Assembly: GCA_043228905.1 (NCBI GenBank)
Contig: JBHGNT010000014.1
Coordinates: 20,956,001-21,020,000, forward strand
DNA: 64,000 nt
Source of the DNA: Azolla caroliniana
Lineage: Eukaryota; Plantae; Polypodiophyta
Direction: 5' to 3'
The notes beneath the pieces were generated by a model. That model did not search any database. It saw only the letters and a list, made by a program, of their open reading frames with translations, and was not told the origin of the DNA. Shown here piece after piece: positions 1 through 9,400 of this stretch. Made by a program: the position numbers and the translations under genes. Every line of letters begins with the position of its first letter. The stretch's first letter is position 1.

Positions 1-187
1 CCTCTAGCTCTCGAAAATGCATGTGCTAACAAACCGCATATCACAAAGAGACTTCCCACAACTTCCAAGTTTGTAGGCGTTGTTGCACCTCCACCTGTCG
101 TGTGGTTCAAAGGGCCAATGTTATGAAGTATGTGCTGAATGACATACAACCTTGCCTTGGATGGCCTAACATGTCTTTCTTATAGGT
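1..187 (-). CDS. Possible internal/terminal exon of an unidentified neighbouring gene (runs off window)
   Basis: Minus strand shows a pyrimidine tract plus TAG acceptor (CT at 188-189 on +), followed by a stop-free frame TYKKRHVRPSKARLYVIQHILHNIGPLNHTTGGGATTPTNLEVVGSLFVICGLLAHAFSRAR to the window edge. No family recognised; upstream exon uncertain. Confidence 0.25.
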
Positions 188-391
188 CTAGAGAGAGTGA
201 GTGAGGAAAGCAAGAAATAAAATTAACGTCAGACATACATATGTTAAGAGGCCAGAATAGCCAATAAGACCAAACGAGGGATTTACATCTTAAAATATGT
301 ATGGTGGGAAAGGGCGAAATCCACTCACCCCCACATTTTCTCCTTAATATTACCACCAATCCCATTAGTTAATAATATCAATATTATTTAG

Positions 392-416
392 TCGTGACTC
401 GTGACTCGTGACTCGT
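392..416. repeat. (TCGTGAC)x3.5 short tandem repeat upstream of the MEE59-like gene
   Basis: Read directly: tcgtgac tcgtgac tcgtgac tcgt. Confidence 0.85.
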
Positions 417-455
417 AAGTAGGGGCAACAAAAAGAAGTGAGGAAATTATGTTTC

Positions 456-459
<4 letters not shown>

Positions 460-487
<28 letters not shown>
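460..487. repeat. (TATG)7 microsatellite
   Basis: Read directly. Confidence 0.9.
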
Positions 488-714
488 GAGACTGGAGTTA
501 TTCATTGTACATACAGTATTTACAGTTGTCTGTGTCCCACTGCGAAAAAAAGATATTTTTTGCGTGTGCGTATTAATGAATGTACAATGTATGTTAGAGG
601 CGTGCGACGAAAAAATATCTAAAAAAAAGACGAAAGAAAGAAGAGGATAAGGACCCCCAAATCAATAAATATCTCTTTCCTTGCCCAAATAATATCTTTC
701 TTTCGTTCCTTCGT

Positions 715-718
<4 letters not shown>

Positions 719-749
<31 letters not shown>

Positions 750-764
750 GTCTGTCTGTCTGTC
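719..764 (+). repeat. (CT)n + (GTCT)n microsatellite in probable 5' UTR
   Basis: Read directly, about 40-80 nt before ATG 802. CT tracts are common in plant 5' UTRs. Confidence 0.85.
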
Positions 765-801
765 ATTTATTTACTTAACTTAACTCGTGCCTGGCTTGGC
801 T

Positions 802-2834
802 ATGGCGTCTGCAGCGATTCATTCGGCAACAACGACCGTCAAACCGAGTCGTAGCGAAGATCTTGTTGATCCTCAACAGCAGATCCTTATAGAAGAAGCT
901 GTTCGCAGAAAGTTTGATGAAGAAGCTCCCAAACGCCATCGCAAACCTCTTCGGAGTGACATCGACAGTGATGGTAATATTCAGACTGAATATTTTGACG
1001 ACCTGAATGATGACCATGAGATGCCCCCTGAGTACATCAAGCTCCAGTCTCTCGTCCATGACTCGCATGATCAGGTATGCTCTCTGTCTCTGTCTGTCTC
1101 TCTCTCCTCCAGGCATTTTTACTATACGTGTGTGTTTCTACTGTATTTAGTGTAATATATTTTACTGTTGTTTTTAAGTCGTATTTCTCTCTCTCTCTCT
1201 ATGGTTATTCACTGCAGATATCTATATATGTATGTATGCTATCTTTGCTGTATATTTCACTGCGATATTTCCCTTTTTGGTCGCTTCACTGGATCTTTCT
1301 CTTTTTGATGTCTTTACTAGATCTATCCATAGTATTTTCTTTGACTCTGAATTTTCTGTTGCCTAAACTGTATGTGTATCACCGGGTCTTCGTCTGGTGT
1401 CTTAATTACAGTATACACATGCCTATTCACTGCGGATATGTATACATGTTTGTTGTCTTTGCTGTATATTTCACTACGATCTTTCCTTTTTCGTTTCTTT
1501 ACTGGATCTACATTGTTCTTTCTTTGACTCTGATCTTTCTGGTGCCTCTACTCTACGCGTATCACCCGTTCTTCTTTTGGTGTCTTAATTACAGTGTACA
1601 CATGCATATATGCATACTTACACTTATTTTTCCAATATGATCTCTTTCTAGTGTCTTGTACTGTCTGTCTGTCTCTAGTCATATGGAATGTAGTCGATTT
1701 CCCATGGATGGCAATGTTCTTCCTCCCTCCCTCTCTCTCTCTCTCTCCTCATCTTACTCTTGTCTATTGCTGCAACCCTGATTTCGTCTAGAGCTCTCTT
1801 CACAGTATCTTTTTTTCCATTTCTTAAGGGCCTAACAAGTGCTATTCATCTTCTGTTTTTTGTGATGGTTTTTAAATTAGCATGTGGTTCAAGAATATCC
1901 CAGTGAAGTTCCAGAGGAATTCGTGGAGACGGAATACTATAAGGATCTGAACTCTGTAGACCAATCCCTACACCATGCGGTATGGCTTGTTGAATTCTGC
2001 AGTCTATTTTTGACATTTTTCAGTGGTAGGTGTGGAGATCAGCTAAATAGATCTATGTATCATATGTTTTGTTGATTGAAATTACTCCTAATATCTTCAT
2101 TCATCATGCCTATTTGAATCCTTTTTGGAGGTAAAAATAAAGTATTTTCTGATCTGTGCTTACGTCATGTCTAGTTGAATCCTTTTTGGAGGTAAAGGTG
2201 ATCATTGCTTTGGTTTGATTGAATTGTGGTTGTTTGTAGTGATTTTGTCGATTAGTTTACTGTGTTGTCTCTGCAATGGCTTCTCGACGAGTTATATTGT
2301 GTTTCTTTGCTTCTGTCTTAGACTGGAACCGGGTTCATTCAAGTGGAAAATAGTTCTATGGCGACGTCTGGATTTGACCTTAAGCACAGTGAGGAAACAC
2401 TGCTTGTGAGGACTAAGAGCCAGAGCAACCCTGCAACGAACGATTGGATTCCTTCTCATGACACAGTAAACTTCTTGCCCCTCTCATCTTTATACCATAC
2501 ATGCTGTCAAATCAAATGCATATCTAGTGCCTTTAAGTTTCTTTTTTTCCCTCCTAAATGTTGAATCTTGATTCATTTATTTTGGCTTGAATTCTAATTT
2601 CCTTTTCTTTGAGGCCGATCTCATGTTTTTCTCTAGAATATAAACTTCAATTCATTTGTTTTTCCTGATTATGCCTCGATGCACGTCTCATTTACATCAT
2701 TTTCTTTAACAATTCGTCTCATTTGCTTTGAATTCATTTCGGTATGTGTTCCCTTTTTTCCTGATCAATGTTTGTTTTCTTGTGGTCAGGTTTCCATTCC
2801 AGCTTCTGATAAACCTCATCGAAGTGAGCCCTGA
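802..2834 (+). CDS. MEE59: Maternal effect embryo arrest 59-like protein, 186 aa, exons 802-1074, 1881-1979, 2322-2465, 2790-2834
   Basis: All three introns are GT..AG and phase 0 (CAG|gtatgc..ttag|CAT; GCG|gtatgg..ttag|ACT; ACA|gtaaac..tcag|GTT). The spliced protein has the motifs KPSRS, APKRHRKPLRSD, EEFVETEYYKDL, HHATGTGFI, NPATNDWIP and C-terminal KPHRSEP*, which match my recollection of the Arabidopsis MEE59 family (no search run). Confidence 0.88.
1206..1605 (+). repeat. Diverged tandem duplication (about 180-220 bp unit) in intron 1
   Basis: Shared colinear blocks TATTCACTGCrGATA (1206/1424), CTTTGCTGTATATTTCACT (1243/1457), TCTTTGACTCTGA and GGTGTCTTAATTACAGTrTACACATGC. Confidence 0.8.
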
Positions 2835-3322
2835 AATTTAAATAGCCAAGGCTTTGCTTGTACACCACCAATGTTTATTTCTGCCTTCGTCCTTCTCATT
2901 ATATGATGATGTGTCCATTTTGACCAATCTTGGTTTGATTGTATGTCTGCAGAACTAGAAAATAAAGGGGTCTTTTTTATTATCTTTATTTTTATCTATG
3001 AGTTTGAAAAAGTATTATATTTGGGGCCTTCACAAGAAATGTGGTTATCCTCCCCCCCCCCCCCCAATTGCCACCACAAAAGGAAGATAGAATGAATAAG
3101 AAGAAAAACCTGAAAGCATGAAAATGATGAGGATGCCACTTATCAAATCGAGATTGTGCTCATTGCTGAGTAAAACACGGTTTGCCAATTGCAACTCTTG
3201 ATCAATAGGTGGATGTCGATTTGGATTTACTATGATACTACCATCGTTGCCAAATTTACATCAGCAAGTAAGCATTTATGTGTTACAATCATGAGTAGTT
3301 ACTATCAATGCATATATATACC

Positions 3323-3400
3323 CATAGATTGACATATTCGCATTCGTGGGGATTACCATACGAATACACATAAGAATACATCAAAAAATATTCGTTAGAA
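3323..3400. mobile_element. Terminal fragment of a related hAT-like element (inverted relative to the right end of 3966-4859)
   Basis: CATAGATTGACATATTCGCATTCGTGGGG (3323-3351) is 28/29 reverse-complementary to 4831-4859. No matching TSD found; the other end may be CTCTATG at 3911-3917. Confidence 0.55.
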
Positions 3401-3965
3401 AAAAGAAGAGTTCCTACTTTTTAGTTTTTAATATATATATCATATAACAAAGAGACTTTCACATTAAATATGGGATATTTAACTTAGACATTAAAAAGGA
3501 GGCTTACACTAAATAATATTTTTATATAATAAATGGAAAACTTAAAAGTTAAAAGTATTTGTTTTATTTTTAATAAATATAAATAAAAAAAATAAAAAAA
3601 TAAAAGGTTCATTAATTTCTCACTTAACTCTCCCACAAAAATTGATATTTTTGTAAGTTATTAAAAGGGAACCTCATGCTAATAAATTATACCCATATGA
3701 AATATCTGCAGTTTGTATTAGACAGCAGAGATGGAAGCATATCTTAAAGTTGTGATGATGGTCAATGCTCGATGAAAGAGGAGAAACTATCTTTTGTTGT
3801 TTGATAAGACTATTCATGTTTTGTATATATGCCTTCACAATAGTAGGGTTGTCAGTTTGCAAGTAGCTATAGCCCACCTACTAACATCTCCCATACATTA
3901 GAATACCCACCTCTATGTGTTGATAAACTGACATAAGAGGTGAATGAGCTTTTAATATGTACCGT

Positions 3966-4859
3966 CATAGATTGAGCCATGCGTGATATTCTTGAGATTC
4001 GACATCCGTAATATTCGTGGTATTCGAGAATAGAAAATGGCCCTAAGAATATTATAAAACCATTCGTTTACATATACATATACACACATACATACATACA
4101 CATACATATATACACACATACACAAACATATATATACATATACACACACATACATAGATACATATATACACATACATAGATACATATACACACACATACA
4201 TAGATACATATACACACACATAGATATATGTGTACAGAGACATACATCAATAATTAATTAACTCATTAATATAATGATTAATTTACTATTAACTAATTAA
4301 TTCACTTAAACATTAATTGATTCACTAATACATTCATCAATTTACAAATACATATCTTAATTCATTAACACATTAATTAATTCATTGGAAAATATTAGTT
4401 AATTAATTAATAATCAATTAATGCATTAATAATTAATTAATTAGGGCTTTGGCAAAACTTAGGGTTTCAATGAAACTCTGAATTTGTAGCGGACAACAGG
4501 ATGTAGGATTAGGTAGAGCATGAGAGGGAGTCGATGACGCATGCCGAAAAGAAGAAATTTTGTCGAAATTAGGATTATGACAGAAATTAGGGTTTTCTGT
4601 TGAAACCCTAATTTCTGGCCGAGAACACGATATAGAGGGAAGCGAGGGTGTAAGTAGCACGCAGAGGGAGTAGGGTGAGGCGTCTTTGCTTCCTGTTGGC
4701 CACTGTTCACTCGCTCGTAAATAAAACACAATTTTTTTAATTTTTTAATTTTTTAATTTTCAAAAAAAAGAAGAAAACGAATATATTTACGTGTATTCGT
4801 ATTCCTATTCGTATGGATTCGTGGGGCAGGCCCCACGAATGCGAATATTTCAATCTATG
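3966..4859. mobile_element. Non-autonomous hAT-superfamily element / MITE, 894 bp
   Basis: TIRs CATAGATTGA (3966) and TCAATCTATG (ends 4859). Flanks TGTACCGT (3958-3965) and TGTATCGT (4860-4867) form a 7/8 8-bp TSD, the hAT hallmark. Subterminal TATTCG repeats; no transposase. Confidence 0.75.
4069..4247. repeat. Compound CA/TA microsatellite inside the MITE
   Basis: Read directly; followed by an AT-rich ATTAATT/TTCATT tract to about 4440. Confidence 0.9.
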
Positions 4860-5359
4860 TGTATCGTATATAATGGGTCGCTTGAAAGTATGGGGGTAAG
4901 TTGTACTAGTGTTGACAATGCCTACTTGGACGGGTTGCTTTGTTGGTTTCTTGGTCTGCCAGTCTAGGTAGGGAGTGAGGATATTTGAAAGGTGGGCAAT
5001 ATGTGGTTTGTGTGCATTGATTGCATCAGGACGAGCAGGCTTTGCGAGTAGTCGACTTCTTTTAGGTACCCAAAATTGGGTAGCACCTTTGTGCCATACT
5101 TGGGCTTTGGGAAGTTATTCACGTACTCTCCACATGGCATGTTGCCCTTTTGCGAAGCACGAATGTTTATCTAGTTACGTGGGGGACCTGTCAGGGTTTT
5201 AGTGGCCTTGCTTGTCAGATTCCCAGGAGCCGTTTGTTGGTGGTTTGCATGTTGTTTGGTGGCCTTGGCGGTTGGGCGTACGTGTATGTGGGTTGAGCCC
5301 GGGTAAGACGGTCTACTTGTTGGTATGGTGACAAGTTTATCTGTCTGTGCACCTTTTGC

Positions 5360-5690
5360 AATCGGGAAGGAGATTGCGTTCTTGCTCAGCAGTAGCAAGC
5401 ACTTGCTTGTGTGCCACCAATCCAAACCGATGAGACAACATGTGTTCAACACCTGTGGTGGGAGGACATGGACCCATACCTTGTGGATATTGTGCTTTGT
5501 CTTGATTTCACAGGGTAATAGTCCGAGGCAACACCACGTACAACCATCGAAACCTCGTACAACCATCGAAACCTTGGAAGACATCACCGCATGGGTTGAA
5601 GTTTGGAAAACCGAGTTGTTCCCAGGCACCAATGTCGATAATTGCCCCGAAGGGCGTGTCGTTGACCCAACATAAGAGTTGGAGTGTTGA
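5360..5690 (-). pseudogene. Retropepsin-like (retrotransposon aspartic protease) remnant
   Basis: Removing one copy of the 19-bp duplication at 5537-5574 joins two ORFs into LLCWVNDTPFGAIIDIGAWEQLGFPNFNPCGDVFQGFDGCTWCCLG...VWVHVLPPQVLNTCCLIGLDWW. This gives DxGA, WxxLGxP, GFDG and LIGxDW in retropepsin order. Confidence 0.65.
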
Positions 5691-5864
5691 AACAATTGAG
5701 TCTATTGCTTTTGCGATGGCCACAAGGTGAGTGTTCCCATAAGGTTTCAATTTTGCCCGTGCATTGTGGAGGTCGGTCAGAAGTCGGGTTAAATGCCCTT
5801 CGGTTGCTTTTAGTTTGGCCTACATATCTCGTTGTCGAGATGTAAGCAACGCTTTTGGAGTGAG

Positions 5865-6453
5865 GGGTCCATAATAATGTTTTCGTTTACTCCCATTGAT
5901 AAAGCTTGGGATGTCTACTCATCGAGCGTGCTATCCGACATGCTCTTGTCTTGGTAATCTTTGAAACTATGTAGGGTCCTTCCTTGTGCAACTTACGTGT
6001 CTTTTTGTGTCATTAGGAAGCAAAATTTAGGGACATATCCCCTTGTGCTAGGTCTTTTTCTTTTCTTTTATTGTCCTTCCATGCTTTCTGGTTGGCTTTT
6101 TCTGTTAGGAATGCTTGGAAGGTGAGTTGGTGAGTCTCTATCAACCGTTCAAGGTTTTCTATGCGTGACGGGAGAGGGATCTTGTCCCATCGCTCTTTTA
6201 CAACGATTCTTAGGCTAGGGACAAGGAACTCAACTGGGAGTATTACTTCCAGACCATAGACCAACTTAAAAGGTGTGTGTCGAGTTGTGACCTTGTAAGA
6301 GGCGTGAAAGACCTAGAACGTGGGTTGGAGTTTAGTGTTCCAAATGAACCATGAGGCCGCTATTATCTTTGTAATTACTATACACAACACCTGATTTGTG
6401 CTTTCTGCTTGTTCATTACACTTGGGGTAGTAATGGGAGCTCTTGCGATGTTT
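5865..6453 (-). pseudogene. Decayed Ty3/gypsy integrase (core C-half and GPY/F C-terminal module), non-chromovirus-like
   Basis: Manual translation: KHRKSSHYYPKCNEQAESTNQVL...W..KL...*..HASYKVTTRHTPFKLVYGLEVILPVEF...QKAWKD...GD...EGPYIVSKI...FINGSKRKHYY, with stops and frameshifts. Confidence 0.85.
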
Positions 6454-9400
6454 TGTTCAAACATGCAAATCGAAGTTAACAACGCTAGTTACGATATAGA
6501 ATTAAAAAATCGAGATTTTGAAACTCAGGTCGAGAGACATGACGAAATTAGCATATTTGAGGAGGGAGTTGAGAAGAGCCAGTGAGTAAATTAAAATGGT
6601 CATACCTAGCTCGAGTGATATCGGATTTCTGTGTTCAAACATGCGAATCGAAGCTAACAACGCTAGCTATGATATAGAATTAAAAAATGGAGATTTCGAA
6701 ACTCAGGTCGAGAGACGTGAGGAAATTAGCAAATTTGAGGAGGGAGTTGAGAAGAGCGAGTGAGTAAATTAAAATGTTCATACCTGGCTCGTGTGATATC
6801 GGATTTTTGTGTTCAAACATGCGAATCGAAGCTAACAACGCTAGCTATGATATAGAATTAGAAAATCCAGATTTTGAAACTCAGGTCGAGAGACATGATG
6901 AAATTAGCAAATTTGAGGAAGGACTTGAGAAGAGCTAGTGAGTAAATTAAAATGGTCATACCTGGCTCGTCAAATATCCGATTTCTCTGTTCAAACATGC
7001 GAATCGAAGCTAACAACGCTAGCTATGAATACAATTAAAAAATCGAGATTTTGAAACTCCGGTTGACAGACATGACGAAATTAGCATATTTGAGGAGGTA
7101 GTGGAGAAGAGCTAGTGAGTAAATTAAAATGTTCATAGCTGGCTCGTGTTATATCGGATTTTTGTGTTCAAGACCCGGTGAGTAAATTAAAATGGTCATA
7201 CCTGGCTCGTGTGATATCGGATTTTTGTGTTCAAACATACGAATCGAAGCAAACAACGCTAGCTATGATATAGAGTTAAAAAATCATGATTTTGAAACTC
7301 AGGTCGAGAGACATGACGAAATTAGCAAATTTGGGGAAGGACTTGAGAAGAGCTAGTGAGTAAATTAAAATGGTCATACCTGACTCGTCTAAAATTAGAT
7401 TTCTTTGTTCAAACATGCGAATCGAAGCTAACAACGCTAAATATAATATAGAATTAAAAAATCAATAATTTGAAACTCAGGTCGAAAGACATGACGAAAT
7501 TAACATATTTGAGGAGACAGTTGCGAAGAGCCAGTGAGTAAATTAAAATGTTCACACCTGGCTCATGTGAAATCGGATTTCTGTGTTCAAACATGCGAAT
7601 CGAAGCTAACAACGCTAGCTATGATATAGAATTAAAAAGTTATGATTTTGAAACTCAGGTCGAGAGACAGGACGAAAGTAGCATATTTGAGGAGAGAGTT
7701 GAGAAGAGCGCGTGAGTAAATTAAAATGGTCATACCTGGTTCGTGTGATATCGGATTTCTGTGTTCAAACATGCGAATCGAAGCTAACAACGCTAGCTAT
7801 GATATAGAATTAAAAAATCAAGATTTTGAAACTCACGTCGAGAGACATGACGAAATTACCAAAGATGAGGAGGGAGTTCAGAGAATCCCTTGAGTAAATT
7901 AAAATGTTCATACCTGGCTCGTGTGATATCGGATTTTTGTGTTCAAACATGCGAATCGAAGCTAACAGCGCTACCTATGATATAGAATTAAAAAATCGAG
8001 ATTTTGAAACTCTGGTCGAGAGACATGACGAAATTACAAAATTTGAGGAGGTAGTGGAGAAGACCTTGTGAGTAAATTAAAATGGTCATACCTGGCTCGT
8101 GTGATATCGGATTTTTGTGTTCAAACATGCGAATCGAAGCAGACAACGCTAGCTATGATATAGAATAAAAAAAGCAAGATTTTGGAACTCAAGTAGAGAG
8201 ACGTGAAAAAATTAGCAAATTTGAGGAGGGAGTTGAGAAGAGCAAGTGAGTAAATTAAAGTAATTAAGATTTTGAAACTCAGATCGAGAGACATGACAAA
8301 ATTAGCATATTTGAGGAGGGAGTTGAGAAGAGCGAGTGAGTAATTAAAATGGTCATACCTGGCTCGTTTGATATCGGATTATTGAGTTCAAACATTCAAA
8401 TCGAAGCTAACAACACTAGCTATGATATAGAGTTAAAAAATCAAGATTTTGAAACTCAGGTCGAGAGGCATGAAGAAATTAGAAAATTTGAGGATGGAGT
8501 GGAACAGAGCGAGTGAGTAAGTTAAAATGGTCATACCTGGCTTGTATGATATCGGATTATTGTGTTCAAACATGTGAATTGAAGCTAACAATGCTAGCTA
8601 TGATATAGAATTAAAAAATCAAGATTTTGAAACTCAGGTCGAGAGACATTACGAAATTAGTAAATTTGAGGAGGTAGGGGAGAAGACCCCGTGAGTAAAT
8701 TAAAATCGTCATACCTGGCTGGTGTGATATCAGCTTTTTGTGTTCAAATATGTGAATCGAAGCTAACAACGCTAGCTATGATATAGAATTAAAAAATAAA
8801 GATTTTGAAAATCAGGTCGAGAGACATGACGAAATTAGCAAATTTGAGGAGGTTGGGGAGAAGCCCGGTGAGTAAATTAAAATGTTCATACCTGGCTTGT
8901 GTGATATTGGATTTTTGTGTTCAAACATGCGAATCGAAGCTGACAACGCTAGCTATGATAAAGAATTAAAAAATCGAGATTTCAAAACTCAGGTCGAGAG
9001 ACGTGACGAAATTAGCAAATTTGAGGAGGGAGTTGAGAAGAGCGAGTGAGTAAATTAAAATGTTCATACCTGGCTCGTGTGATATCGGATTTTTGTGTTC
9101 AAACATGCGAATCGAAGCTAACAACGCTAGCTATAATATAGAATGAAAAAATCCAGATTTTGAAACTCAGGTTGAGAGACGTGACAAAATTAGCAAATTT
9201 GAGGAGGGAGTTGAGAAGAGCGAGTGAGTAAATTAAAATCGTCATACCTGGCTGGTGTTATATCGGATTATTGAGTTCAAACATGCGAATCGAAGCTAAC
9301 CGCGCTACCTATGATATAAAATTAAAATATCGACATTTTGAAACTCAGGTCGAGAGACATGACGAAATTACAAAATTTGAGGAGGTAGTGGAGAAGACCC

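Noticed and set aside
438-650. 70-aa ORF and similar short ORFs near the gene
   Set aside because: Translations of microsatellite or intronic low-complexity DNA.
1077-1640. 187-aa hydrophobic ORF
   Set aside because: Lies wholly in T-rich intron 1 of the MEE59-like gene; compositional artefact.
3952-4250. MCVY-repeat ORFs
   Set aside because: Translation of the CA/TA microsatellite.
4440-4620. Interstitial telomere array
   Set aside because: Only isolated TTAGGG motifs, not tandem.
3323-4859. Single 1.5-kb MITE using the 29-bp inverted repeats
   Set aside because: Flanks TATATACC and TGTATCGT do not form a TSD; the 3966 end gives a 7/8 match instead.
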